Shown in pieces: positions 43,478 through 53,311 of a stretch of DNA of 64,000 bases (positions within the stretch are counted from its first letter, which is position 1; the number at the start of each line of letters is the position of its first letter). Where the stretch lies: positions 78,638 to 142,637 of the forward strand of contig JAGORR010000001.1 in NCBI GenBank assembly GCA_018062765.1, given 5' to 3'. The translations under genes were made by a program, and so were the position numbers. Source of the stretch: Minisyncoccota bacterium. GTDB taxonomy: Bacteria > Patescibacteriota > Minisyncoccia > Phycocordibacterales > Phycocordibacteraceae. Below the pieces are notes generated by a model, which made no database searches, was not told the DNA's origin, and was given only the letters and a program-made list of their open reading frames with translations.

Positions 43478-45283
43478 TTGTTTTTATGTTCTCTGTTCTC
43501 TCTACTCGGTCAGCTATACTTATATATAGTCATGCAGGTCTCGGAGAGCGAACTTAAGGAATTCATCACGGATTCGGGACTGGTGTCCCGGAAGGATGTC
43601 GACGCTGCAGAAGTAACTGCCAAAGAGCGTAAGCAGTCGGTGGGCGACATCCTGGTGGGTTCAGGCGCGCTTACCTCGGATGCGCTCCGTCGCATCAAGG
43701 CATACGTGCTTGGTATACCGTTTGTGAACCTCAAGGATAAGAAGATAGACGTTGCCGTGCTCTCTCTTATCCCGGAGCCAATCGCACGTACGCACTCCAT
43801 CATTGCGTACCAGAAAAAAGGGACTGAACTTGAGGTCGCGATGCTCGATACGGAAGACCTGCCCGCAATAGACTCGGTCAGGAAGAAGACAGGCCTCAAG
43901 ATACAGGCGCGTCTTACTGATGACGAGTCCGTAAAGCATGCCTTGCTGCAGTACCAGAAGTCCTTGAAGGAGGAGTTTGGTGACTTGATTGCAACTGAAG
44001 CAGGGAAGCTCACGGTCGTTAAGGAATCGTCTGATAAAGAGGCGTCGGGAGAGGAGCTTAAGAAGTTGGCGGAGGATCTGCCTATCGTGCGCATCGTCGA
44101 CACCTTGTTGCGGCACGCCATCATCCAGAAAGCATCTGACATACATATAGAGCCAGGAGAACAGGAAGTCATGGTGCGCTACCGCATCGACGGCTCACTC
44201 CATGACGCGATGACGCTGCCGCGCCAGGCTGCGGCCGGCATTACTGCCCGCATCAAGGTTCTCGCTAACCTGAAGCTCGATGAGAAACGTCTGCCGCAGG
44301 ACGGACGTTTCAAGATGGAGACGGAGAGCGACAAGGTTTCGTTCCGTGTTTCTTTGCTCCCTACCTACTTCGGCGAGAAGGTCGTGATGCGACTTTTGCG
44401 CGAGAGCGGCGACGGATTCACGCTAGAAGGACTTGGCTTTCATGGCGACTCCCTGGAGCGCATTCATAAAGCAACGAAGCAAGCGAACGGACTCATTTTG
44501 ATTTCTGGACCTACGGGCTCAGGTAAAACGACAACGCTTTATACGGTGCTCGATATTCTGAATACGCCGGACGTGAACATCAGTACGATAGAAGACCCCA
44601 TCGAGTACCAGATGAAGCGCGTAAATCAGACACAGGTGAATCCGGCGATAGGATTCTCATTCGCAAACGGACTACGCGCACTCGTTCGACAGGACCCAGA
44701 TGTCATCATGGTCGGAGAAATTCGAGACGGCGAGACAGCCGCGCTTGCGGTGAATGCTGCGCTTACCGGACACTTAGTGCTTTCAACCATCCACACGAAC
44801 AGCGCCGCGGGAGCGATACCGAGGCTTGTCGACATGGGCGTCGAGCCATTTCTTCTCGTCTCGACGTTGAAGGTTATCGTCGGTCAGCGCCTCGTACGTC
44901 GCCTGTGCGACGACAAGGAGGAATACAAATCTACCCAGGCTGAGCGCGATAAGGTTGCGGGCGTCGATAAGTTTGATGCGGCTCTCAAGGCGCTTTTGGA
45001 CGAGAAGCTCGTTAAGCCAAAGACGGATATCGACGACGTTCCGTTTTATCACCCGAAGGCGGGCGGGGAGTGCGAGGAGGGGTACGCAGGCCGCATGGGC
45101 ATACACGAAGTCCTTTCTATGAGTTCTACGATAAAGGATCTCATCATAAAGGGTGCGACCTCCGACGCTATAGAGGCGCAAGCCAGGAAGGAAGGCATGC
45201 TCACCATGCTTGAGGACGGTATTTATAAGGCATCGCGCGGGATTACGAGCCTTGAGGAAGTGCTTGGCGCGGTGACGGAATAA
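43478..45283 (+). CDS. pilB: Type IV pilus / type II secretion assembly ATPase (PilB/GspE family).
   Basis: GspE N-terminal domain, Walker A GPTGSGKTTTL, Asp and His boxes and the C-terminal tetracysteine. Confidence 0.85.
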   Translation: MFLCSLFSLLGQLYLYIVMQVSESELKEFITDSGLVSRKDVDAAEVTAKERKQSVGDILVGSGALTSDALRRIKAYVLGIPFVNLKDKKIDVAVLSLIPEPIARTHSIIAYQKKGTELEVAMLDTEDLPAIDSVRKKTGLKIQARLTDDESVKHALLQYQKSLKEEFGDLIATEAGKLTVVKESSDKEASGEELKKLAEDLPIVRIVDTLLRHAIIQKASDIHIEPGEQEVMVRYRIDGSLHDAMTLPRQAAAGITARIKVLANLKLDEKRLPQDGRFKMETESDKVSFRVSLLPTYFGEKVVMRLLRESGDGFTLEGLGFHGDSLERIHKATKQANGLILISGPTGSGKTTTLYTVLDILNTPDVNISTIEDPIEYQMKRVNQTQVNPAIGFSFANGLRALVRQDPDVIMVGEIRDGETAALAVNAALTGHLVLSTIHTNSAAGAIPRLVDMGVEPFLLVSTLKVIVGQRLVRRLCDDKEEYKSTQAERDKVAGVDKFDAALKALLDEKLVKPKTDIDDVPFYHPKAGGECEEGYAGRMGIHEVLSMSSTIKDLIIKGATSDAIEAQARKEGMLTMLEDGIYKASRGITSLEEVLGAVTE

Positions 45284-45284
45284 T

Positions 45285-46502
45285 ATGAGATTCAAAGCGA
45301 CTTTTAAAAAGGAAGACGGGAGTGAAGAAACGCGCGTCGTCGAAGCCGAGAACCGGTTCTCGGTCTATCAGGAGGCCGAGAAGACAGGAGAGACCGTGAC
45401 TGCGATAGAGGAAGCAGGGCGCGGATGGAACTTCAAGGCACTTGCGAGCCTCACTATCGGCAAGGGAATCAAAGTCGAGGAGCATATTACCTTCGTCAAA
45501 AACCTTGCGGCCATGCTCTCAGCAGGGCTTAACCTCAACCGTGCGCTCTCTGTTATTGAGCGACAGACTTCCAATAAGGTGCTGAAGCGCATCGTCACCG
45601 AGCTCCAGACCGCAGTGAAGGGCGGTATGTCATTTCACGAAGCGCTTGCGCAGCATCCGAAGATATTCTCGAAGCTTGAAATCGCGATGTCGAAGGCAGG
45701 AGAGGAGTCTGGAACGCTCGCCGAGTCTCTGCGCGTGGTCGCAAAGCAGATGGACCGCGCGCACACCCTTATGAAGAAGGTGAAGGGTGCGATGATTTAC
45801 CCGGGCATCATCCTGTTTGCCATCATCGTTATCGGTATTCTTATGATGGTGTACGTGGTGCCTACTCTCGCGTCGACCTTCACGGAGCTCGGTGTTGAAC
45901 TCCCGACATCGACCAAGATTATCCTCGCGGTCTCGGATTTCATGGTTAACAACATCGTACTTGTCATTGCGTCGGTACTGCTTCTTATGGGTCTCATCGT
46001 TTACGCCCTACGCTCTCCCGCTGGAGCCGCGGTCGCGCTTCGCGGCTCGTTATATATCCCGGTCGTATCGACCATCGTAAAGGAGACATTCAGTGCGCGC
46101 GCGGCGCGCACCCTCTCCTCGCTCCTCTCTTCCGGAGTCGAGATGCTAACCGCCATCTCCATCACGCGTGAAGTCGTCGGAAATCGCATTTTCGGCAAGC
46201 CTATAGAAGAGGCAGAGGAGCTCGTCCGGAAAGGTGAGCCGCTCTCTGCTTCATTTGCTAAGTACCCAAAGCTCTATCCAGTCCTGTTCACCGATATGAT
46301 CGCGGTGGGGGAGGAGACGGGTAAGGTCGCCGATATGCTCGGACAGGTCGCGGAATACTACGAAACAGACGTTGAGGATAAGACGAAGGACCTCTCGACT
46401 GTCATAGAGCCGGTGTTGATGCTTATTATTGGCGCGGCAGTGGGCGTGTTTGCCTTTTCAATGATTGGACCGATATATTCCCTCACCTCCCAAATCGGTT
46501 AA
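45285..46502 (+). CDS. pilC: Type IV pilus platform protein (PilC/GspF family).
   Basis: Duplicated GspF domain with 3 TM. Start 2 nt after the pilB stop. Confidence 0.8.
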   Translation: MRFKATFKKEDGSEETRVVEAENRFSVYQEAEKTGETVTAIEEAGRGWNFKALASLTIGKGIKVEEHITFVKNLAAMLSAGLNLNRALSVIERQTSNKVLKRIVTELQTAVKGGMSFHEALAQHPKIFSKLEIAMSKAGEESGTLAESLRVVAKQMDRAHTLMKKVKGAMIYPGIILFAIIVIGILMMVYVVPTLASTFTELGVELPTSTKIILAVSDFMVNNIVLVIASVLLLMGLIVYALRSPAGAAVALRGSLYIPVVSTIVKETFSARAARTLSSLLSSGVEMLTAISITREVVGNRIFGKPIEEAEELVRKGEPLSASFAKYPKLYPVLFTDMIAVGEETGKVADMLGQVAEYYETDVEDKTKDLSTVIEPVLMLIIGAAVGVFAFSMIGPIYSLTSQIG

Positions 46503-46660
46503 TGGTGCGCTTAAAAAACGGGAACCTGCTTCGTTGCAGGCGCCCGTCGATGTTCTCCACCGTATAGTCCATACGTTTCCGAACATCGCCTGCCCGCGCC
46601 TCGCATCTTCCTCGTTTTTTAAACGCACCGGAAGGCGCAACAGGTATTCATGGTTAAGGG

Positions 46661-48391
46661 GTGCGTTATCATTTCATTATGCCGTTTGAAAATCGGGGGA
46701 TGACTTTAATCGACGTTCTCGTCGGTACTTCCGTCGCGGTCATCATTTTCCTCGGCATCTTCGTTATCCTTCAGGCATCCGCATCCATTACGGGCGCGTC
46801 TGCATCGAAGGCGACCGCATTGGCGCTCGCCAACGGGCGTATTGAGATGTTGCGCTCCTTACCATACGCATCCATAGGAACGGTGGGCGGCATTCCGTCA
46901 GGTGCCATCGCGCAGGAAGAGACCATTTATTCCGATCTGGTGCCGTACGAGGTCCGTACCTTCATCTCTTACTACGACGATGCGAAGGACGGCTCGGGCG
47001 CTGCAGACTCTAATGGCATCCAGGCGGACTACAAGCGGGCGAAGGTGACAGTTACCTACGAGACACAGAACGGGGAGCGGGAAGTAGCCGTCGTTTCGAC
47101 CTTTGCGCCGATTGGAATCGAGACGACTGCGGGTGGCGGCACGCTACGCGTCGTCGTTGTGGACGCTGACGGCGTAGCGGTTCCAGGAGCAGAAGTTGTT
47201 GTCGAAAATCCAAATACAACTCCCACAATCGACGTAACGACGTACACAGACTTCGCGGGGTACGCCTTATTCCCGGGTGCCGCGACCTCAACGGGGTACG
47301 AGGTGTCAGTCACAAAGGGCGGGTGGTCTACGGCGCGCACCTATAGTCAGGACGCAACCAACCAGAACCCGACACCGGGACATCTCACCATCGCTGGGGG
47401 GCAGACGACGACCGGCACGTTTGCGATAGATGAGCTTGCGGCCGTCCTCGTGCGTTCCTTTACACCGGTTGTGCCTGGCACATGGTCCGATGCATTTATA
47501 GATGCGTCGAATCTCGTGACGATGGTGGGTGTATCGGTAGGTGGAGGCGAGCTCACGCTCGCAACTGGCGCGGACGGGTATGAGGCGTCAGGTGCTGCCG
47601 TCGCGTCATCGGTAGCACCCACCTATCTTGTTGCGTGGCACGAAGCGTCATTTACTCCCGCAACTCCTGGCGGGACGACGCTTCTGGTGAAAGTTACCGA
47701 CGCTGCCGGTACCTTGGTGCCGGACGCCGCGCTCCCCGGGAACAGCAGTGGTTTCGCGGCATCACCAATAGACCTCTCCGCGCTCGCAACATCGACCTAT
47801 CCATCTCTTTCGCTACGTGCTGAGCTTTCAACCGCTGCCACTACGACAACGCCGACGCTTGCGGATTGGGGGCTGGCCTATAGTCGTGGTCCGATACCGT
47901 ATCCGTCTCTGGCGTTCTCGCTTACAGGCGCGAAAGCCATAGGTTCTACCGTAGGCGGCGCACCTATATATAAGACCGAACTCGATGAGACGACCGATTC
48001 TTCCGGAAGCATCGGCCTCGATCTTGAGTGGGACAGCTACACACTCTCGCTCTCAGGCCCCGTGATTATCGATACCTGTGCCGCGTTCCCACTTGAAGTG
48101 GCGCCTGGCGCGGGTATGACGGCGGACATTATCGTTGCGACTTCGACTGGGAATGCGCTCAAGGCGTATGCGAAATTTCTGTCGGGGAGCGCTGTGGCGA
48201 GTCCTACGTTCACTCTCTCGAGGAGCGGCTTTTCGCGCACGTTGCCTGGGAACGTGTGCGGATTTGCTTACTTTGGAGACCTCACGCCAGCTGCCGATTA
48301 CGCGCTTTCTGTGACTTCGACCTCTACGACCGAGTCGTTCACTGACATTTCTATTTCCGGTCTTTCAAGCTATGACGCGATTCTCGATTGA
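46661..48391 (+). CDS. Large type IV pilin-like protein (class III signal peptide) with a Thr/Ser/Gly-rich extracellular region.
   Basis: FENRG|MTLIDVLVGTSVAVIIFLGIFVIL prepilin-type N-terminus. 576 aa. The true start may be the ATG at 46679. Confidence 0.55.
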   Translation: MRYHFIMPFENRGMTLIDVLVGTSVAVIIFLGIFVILQASASITGASASKATALALANGRIEMLRSLPYASIGTVGGIPSGAIAQEETIYSDLVPYEVRTFISYYDDAKDGSGAADSNGIQADYKRAKVTVTYETQNGEREVAVVSTFAPIGIETTAGGGTLRVVVVDADGVAVPGAEVVVENPNTTPTIDVTTYTDFAGYALFPGAATSTGYEVSVTKGGWSTARTYSQDATNQNPTPGHLTIAGGQTTTGTFAIDELAAVLVRSFTPVVPGTWSDAFIDASNLVTMVGVSVGGGELTLATGADGYEASGAAVASSVAPTYLVAWHEASFTPATPGGTTLLVKVTDAAGTLVPDAALPGNSSGFAASPIDLSALATSTYPSLSLRAELSTAATTTTPTLADWGLAYSRGPIPYPSLAFSLTGAKAIGSTVGGAPIYKTELDETTDSSGSIGLDLEWDSYTLSLSGPVIIDTCAAFPLEVAPGAGMTADIIVATSTGNALKAYAKFLSGSAVASPTFTLSRSGFSRTLPGNVCGFAYFGDLTPAADYALSVTSTSTTESFTDISISGLSSYDAILD

Positions 48392-49058
48392 TATGGAAAG
48401 AGCAGCGAGCAGCGAAAAGTGTACAGCGACTAGGAATATGACCACCGCTTCTTCCGCGGCTATACGCTTTCGGGCCGGCTTTACGCTTATCGAGACGTTG
48501 ATGGTGATTGGTCTTACCGCCGTCGTGGGACTCGCGATTTCGAACATGATTTTGTTCACCTATCGCACGAACACCTACCTCTACCAGCAGAGCGCAGCGA
48601 CTGATAACGCGCGACGCGGCCTCGACCCGGCGCTGCAGAACCTACGCGAGGCGACCTACGCTGCTGATGGCTCGTATCCGCTGTCGACGGCAGCTACTTC
48701 GTCCGTAACTTTCTTCAGCGACGTCGATGTCGACGGATCGGTTGAGAAAATTCGTTACTATCTCTCAGGGACGACGTTCTATCGCACGATTACGAATCCG
48801 GCAGGTTCGCCCCCGTCATACGTGGGGCAGGCAGCCGCGACGTCGACTATCGCTTCCTACGTGAAGAATTTCTCCGCAAACGCGAGCGTGTTCCGCTATT
48901 ACGACAGCACCGGAACGGAGCTTGCAGCGCCCATTGATGTTGCTGAGGTGAGGAGTATCAGTATCTCGGTAATGGTCGACGTGGACCCAAACCGCACACC
49001 AACGACCTATTCGCTCACGGGCTCGGCGACATTCCGCAACCTGCGCGATACTGATTGA
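48372..49058 (+). CDS. Type IV prepilin (canonical G|FTLIE).
   Basis: RFRAG|FTLIETLMVIGLTAVVGLAIS. The heptamer array at 48401-48428 lies inside the annotated 5' end. The real start is probably the ATG at 48438. Confidence 0.6.
   Translation: MTRFSIDMERAASSEKCTATRNMTTASSAAIRFRAGFTLIETLMVIGLTAVVGLAISNMILFTYRTNTYLYQQSAATDNARRGLDPALQNLREATYAADGSYPLSTAATSSVTFFSDVDVDGSVEKIRYYLSGTTFYRTITNPAGSPPSYVGQAAATSTIASYVKNFSANASVFRYYDSTGTELAAPIDVAEVRSISISVMVDVDPNRTPTTYSLTGSATFRNLRDTD
48401..48428. repeat. Tandem heptamers AGCAGCG AGCAGCG AAAAGTG TACAGCG.
   Basis: Same TACAGCG-family unit as the 4859 and 40057 arrays. It ends 9 nt before the ATG at 48438. Confidence 0.6.
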
Positions 49059-49059
49059 T

Positions 49060-50589
49060 ATGGAAAGGAAAGCGTTTAGCGTAGAGCGTAGAGCATGTAG
49101 GAAAGACGGACCGGCTTCTTCTATACGCTATACGCTATCAGCTAGACACTCTCTGCAAGGCGGGTATCTCATGCTCCTGTCGCTCGTCTTTGGCGGGATA
49201 TTCCTAGGACTCCTCGGAGCGCTAACGAGCTACGTTCTTCTTGAGAATCGGCTTCAGGACCAGAAGGACGCGCAAGGTCGTGCATTTGCGATAGCTGAAG
49301 CAGGGCTCGAGTACTATCGATGGTTCTTGGCGCACTATCCGGGAAACGTCACGAATGGAGTTTCAGGCGGCCCCACAACGTTTACGCTTCCGTACTATGA
49401 CCCGGAGGGCGAGCAGCTCGGAAACTACACGCTGACGCTGAATCAGAATTCCGCCTGTGGCGCCGTCTCCTCCGTAGATATCGAATCGGAGGGCGCTACG
49501 CTCGATATGCCACAGGTGACACAGACGGTATCGGCGCGCTACGCGCAGCCTTCGGTTGGGCGTTATTCCTACGTATTGAATGACAGCGTATGGGCCGGCG
49601 CGGACCGCATCATCCTGGGGCCCTATCACTCCAATGGTGGTATCCGTATGGACGGGACCGCAAACTCATCTGTGTCGAGCTCGGTTTCGACTTGGAACTG
49701 CACGAGTAGCTACGGCTGTAGCCCAACGCAGTCGGCTGCGCCAGGCGTTGTTGGCACAGGCCCCAATCAGAGTCTTTGGACGTATCCGGTGCCGCAGGTG
49801 GACTTTGCGGCCATAGCTGCGGATTTTGCCTCGCTCAAATCGACCGCGCAGGCGCAGGGTCTCTACTATCCTCGCTACAGTAATACGAACAATCCGAATT
49901 CCTCTGCGTACTGGCACGGATACCACCTCACATTTAACGCAAACGACACCGTTACGGTTCGGCGCGTGACCTCAACAACGGAACTCGAGGTCGAGCCAGT
50001 GAATCCGGCGGAGACCCTCGATACAGACCGCGCGCTGATAGCGAACGAAACCATGTATGAAACGAGGACGATACCCGCTTCATGCGGACTCATCTACGTG
50101 GAGGATCACGTATGGATAGATGGCACCATCCCGTCTGAAGTGACGGTCGTTGCCGCTAATACAGCGTCGGGGCTCTCACCAAACGCATACCTGCGCAACA
50201 ACATCGTGTATGAAAATACAGACGGTAGTTCTGGCCTCACACTTATTGCGGAGAACAACGTGCTGATTGCACCTAACGCGCCTGCTGCAATGACCCTGAA
50301 CGGCATCTTCATCGCACAGAACGGTGCGTTTGGTCGGAACCTCTACTACAACAATTCCCGGACAGCATGCCACTCAACCTATGAACCGAAAACATCTCTC
50401 ACCATCCTTGGCACCACGGTCTCGAACAAGCGCACCGGAACCAAGTGGACCGGCGTTTCCTGCTCGGGCGGATACGCGGGCTTCGGTACCCGTATCGACT
50501 CCTACGACGAGCAGATGGCCATAGATCCACCACCCTTCACTCCTATCGTTTCGACCGATTACGAGATTATGGATTGGCGTGAACGGTAG
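49060..50589 (+). CDS. Pseudopilin/minor-pilin-like protein (N-terminal hydrophobic helix, no Glu5).
   Basis: SLQGGYLMLLSLVFGGIFLGLLGALTSYVLLE. 509 aa. Two heptamer arrays (49075-49102 and 49121-49148) lie in its annotated 5' region. The ATG at 49171 is an alternative start. Confidence 0.45.
   Translation: MERKAFSVERRACRKDGPASSIRYTLSARHSLQGGYLMLLSLVFGGIFLGLLGALTSYVLLENRLQDQKDAQGRAFAIAEAGLEYYRWFLAHYPGNVTNGVSGGPTTFTLPYYDPEGEQLGNYTLTLNQNSACGAVSSVDIESEGATLDMPQVTQTVSARYAQPSVGRYSYVLNDSVWAGADRIILGPYHSNGGIRMDGTANSSVSSSVSTWNCTSSYGCSPTQSAAPGVVGTGPNQSLWTYPVPQVDFAAIAADFASLKSTAQAQGLYYPRYSNTNNPNSSAYWHGYHLTFNANDTVTVRRVTSTTELEVEPVNPAETLDTDRALIANETMYETRTIPASCGLIYVEDHVWIDGTIPSEVTVVAANTASGLSPNAYLRNNIVYENTDGSSGLTLIAENNVLIAPNAPAAMTLNGIFIAQNGAFGRNLYYNNSRTACHSTYEPKTSLTILGTTVSNKRTGTKWTGVSCSGGYAGFGTRIDSYDEQMAIDPPPFTPIVSTDYEIMDWRER
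49075..49102. repeat. Tandem heptamers TTTAGCG TAGAGCG TAGAGCA TGTAGGA.
   Basis: Read directly. TANAGCG-type units. Confidence 0.6.
49121..49148. repeat. Tandem heptamers CTATACG CTATACG CTATCAG CTAGACA. Inverted relative to the 49075-49102 array.
   Basis: Same units as the sense strand of the 40680-40714 array. Confidence 0.65.
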
Positions 50590-50630
50590 TCACACGGTAC
50601 CCTGCTGCCAGAAGAATCGAGGAGGCTTCG

Positions 50631-51098
50631 ATGAAGAGGGCAACACTGGTGTTCGTTGTTAAAGACGGGCACGTACTGCTTGGTATGAAGAAGTCCGGTG
50701 AAATCGGTACCGGAACCTGGAACGGTCCCGGAGGAAAGATTGAACCCGGAGAGACGGCGATCGCCTGCTTGTTGCGTGAGGTCGAGGAGGAGCTCGACAT
50801 TCGGCTGATTCCGGACGCGCTTGAGGAAATCGCCACTATCCTTTTCCGTAACAACGAGTCCGATGACTTCTATGTCCACGTGTATCGGACGGCCCGGTTT
50901 GAGGGAACGCCTCGCGAGACCCGGTACATGCTCCCTCGCGCCTTTCCGATTGATGAACTACCGTACGAGCACATGCTCCCAGGAGATTCTCTCTGGATTC
51001 CACGCGTTCTATCGGGCTCACGCTTTTCCGCTCTTGTTGAGCGGCGCAGCGCAGACCTCTCGATTGAATTTCTGCCCTTCGGGGCGATTCTTGCCTGA
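50631..51098 (+). CDS. NUDIX hydrolase.
   Basis: Nudix box GGKIEPGETAIACLLREVEEELDI. A GAGGAGG Shine-Dalgarno lies upstream. Confidence 0.7.
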   Translation: MKRATLVFVVKDGHVLLGMKKSGEIGTGTWNGPGGKIEPGETAIACLLREVEEELDIRLIPDALEEIATILFRNNESDDFYVHVYRTARFEGTPRETRYMLPRAFPIDELPYEHMLPGDSLWIPRVLSGSRFSALVERRSADLSIEFLPFGAILA

Positions 51099-51148
51099 CC
51101 GAGGCCTCTTAAAACGAGGCCTCTTTCACTGTCTGCTACAATTGGCCC

Positions 51149-51892
51149 ATGCTCATCGTTGCTAACTGGAAGGCGTACGTAGAGGAGGGGAAGCGAGCAA
51201 AGGCATTGTTCGCTCTTGCGAAGCGTCTTTCGGGAAAGTACAAGCACGAGATAGTGCTCGCGCCTTCCTTTCCACAGCTCGGACTCCTTGCTCCAGGGAA
51301 CCGCACCAAAGTCCGCTTCGCGTCTCAGGACGTGTCGGTTGTTACCGGTGGTGCGCAGACTGGCGAGACGACCGCGCAGGTCGTGAAAGATACCGGCGCC
51401 ACATACGCCATCATTGGGCACTCCGAACGCCGTGGCTCGGGCGAGGACGACGCAATAGTGGCGCTCAAGGTGCAGCACGCTCTCGCGCAAGGGCTTATAC
51501 CTATTCTTTGTGTCGGAGAACGCGAGCGCGATCAGAGTGCTGAGTATCTTGGCTTCGTTCGCGCGCAACTCGCGGCGGTGATGGCGCCCTTGTCGCAGAA
51601 GGAGCGTATGCAGGTTGTCGTCGCGTATGAGCCCATTTGGGCCATAGGGAAGTCTGCGGCCGAGGCCATACTGCCCGCAGATCTTGCGGAGATGTCCTTA
51701 TATATACGCAAAGTGCTCGGCGACTATCTCCCCGGGAAGGCCCCCGCAAAGACTCGGGTCATTTACGGTGGATCGGTTGAGCCCGGCAACATCCGCGACC
51801 TCGCGGCCGCTGGTGGCATCGACGGATTCCTTATCGGCCACGCTTCGGTCGAAGTGCCGTCCTTCGCATCGCTCGTCGCAGCCATTTCCTAA
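51149..51892 (+). CDS. tpiA: Triosephosphate isomerase.
   Basis: MLIVANWK..., IIGHSERR and AYEPIWAIG motifs. Confidence 0.9.
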   Translation: MLIVANWKAYVEEGKRAKALFALAKRLSGKYKHEIVLAPSFPQLGLLAPGNRTKVRFASQDVSVVTGGAQTGETTAQVVKDTGATYAIIGHSERRGSGEDDAIVALKVQHALAQGLIPILCVGERERDQSAEYLGFVRAQLAAVMAPLSQKERMQVVVAYEPIWAIGKSAAEAILPADLAEMSLYIRKVLGDYLPGKAPAKTRVIYGGSVEPGNIRDLAAAGGIDGFLIGHASVEVPSFASLVAAIS

Positions 51893-51893
51893 T

Positions 51894-52172
51894 ATGAAGG
51901 GTCTCGAGAGCGCGGGTTCAGGAGGGGGGCGTACAGGCACTGACGAGGCATTTCTCCAGCGCAATGCCCTGCAGATAGCGCTAGCAAAAAAAGCTTTTCC
52001 GGGCGTAGAGGGCGGCGACGCAATGATGGAATGGGCTACGGGTCCGCTTTCAAGTCGCTTTGCTCGCTATGAAAAGATGCACCCAGAACTTGATCTGCGT
52101 GACAGTAGTAGCCAGGCTCTCGACGCGATTATTACGGAACTTCGTGCGATGACGGACGATACCGTCCACTAA
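51894..52172 (+). CDS. Hypothetical 92-aa protein between tpiA and pgk.
   Basis: ATG 2 nt after the tpiA stop. The ORF-track start at 51684 is an overlapping upstream extension. Confidence 0.3.
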   Translation: MKGLESAGSGGGRTGTDEAFLQRNALQIALAKKAFPGVEGGDAMMEWATGPLSSRFARYEKMHPELDLRDSSSQALDAIITELRAMTDDTVH

Positions 52173-52177
52173 GTGGT

Positions 52178-53311
52178 ATGCGGAGCGTCCGCGATATACC
52201 GGTCCTCGAGAACATTCCTGTTCTTGTTCGTGCAGCACTGAACGCTGAGGTGGAAAAGGGAAAGGTAACCGAAGACTATCGGCTCCGCGCGGCGCTCCCG
52301 ACGATTGAGTATCTCGCAAAGCGTCATGCGCGCGTGGTTTTGCTGGGGCACATATCAGGGAAGGGAACAGAATCGCTCCGTCCCATGCAGGAAGCGATGA
52401 AGAAATGGATTCCGAGTATCGCGTTCTGTCCGACAACTTCCGGAGAAGAGGCAAGAGCGGCAATACGCGCGCTTTCCCCAGGGGGCGTCCTTATGCTTGA
52501 GAACCTGCGACGCGATGTTCGAGAAGAGAAGAATGACCCTGCTTTCGCGCGTGAGCTCGCAGAGCTTGGCGACATATTCATTGAGGATGCGTTTGATGTC
52601 TGTCACCGCGCGCACGCGTCTGTCGTTGGTATACCGAAGTTCCTACCGTCCTACGCAGGACTACTCGTAGAGAAGGAAGTCAACGCGCTTACTAAGGCGC
52701 TTGCGCCGGCAACGCCCTCGCTCGCCATAATCGGTGGTGCGAAGTTCTCGACTAAGGAGCCGGTCTTAGCAAAGCTCATAAACACATACGATCAGGTGTT
52801 TATAGGAGGGGCGCTCGCGAATGATTTTATACAAGCATCTGGAAAGCCTGTAGGAACTTCGCTCGTATCTGGGGCGGATCAGGATAAGTTAAAAATGCTG
52901 CTCGCAACCGGAAAGATTCTTTTGCCAATCGATTACGTCGTCGCCCCTAAAGGGAAGACTCGAAACGAAGGGCGTGTGTGCGAGCCGGACGAGGTGCTCC
53001 CGGAGGAAGCGATTCTCGATAACGGACCAGCCTCCATAGCGCTCCTCAATGAACGGATACAAAACGCGAAGACCGTTCTTTGGAACGGTCCCTTGGGGAA
53101 TTATGAGAACGGATTCGTTGAGGGCACGGAGGCACTTGCGGTTATCGTCGCGCGCGCAAAAGCGTATTCAATACTCGGTGGAGGAGACACGGTGGCTGCG
53201 ATAGAGAAAACCGGCGTTGAGAAACACATTGATTTCGTCTCGACTGGCGGCGGCGCGATGCTCGAGTTTCTCGCAAGCGGAACACTCCCTGGCCTTAAGG
53301 CGCTTTCCTAG
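52178..53311 (+). CDS. pgk: Phosphoglycerate kinase.
   Basis: N-terminal RxDxNVP-type motif (VLVRAALNAEV), hinge and C-terminal GGGAMLEFL motifs. Confidence 0.9.
   Translation: MRSVRDIPVLENIPVLVRAALNAEVEKGKVTEDYRLRAALPTIEYLAKRHARVVLLGHISGKGTESLRPMQEAMKKWIPSIAFCPTTSGEEARAAIRALSPGGVLMLENLRRDVREEKNDPAFARELAELGDIFIEDAFDVCHRAHASVVGIPKFLPSYAGLLVEKEVNALTKALAPATPSLAIIGGAKFSTKEPVLAKLINTYDQVFIGGALANDFIQASGKPVGTSLVSGADQDKLKMLLATGKILLPIDYVVAPKGKTRNEGRVCEPDEVLPEEAILDNGPASIALLNERIQNAKTVLWNGPLGNYENGFVEGTEALAVIVARAKAYSILGGGDTVAAIEKTGVEKHIDFVSTGGGAMLEFLASGTLPGLKALS

Noticed and set aside
4859-49148. CRISPR array interpretation of the tandem heptamers.
   Set aside because: Units are 7 bp with no unique spacers and only 3-5 copies, and there are no cas genes. 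These are microsatellite-like arrays, not CRISPR.
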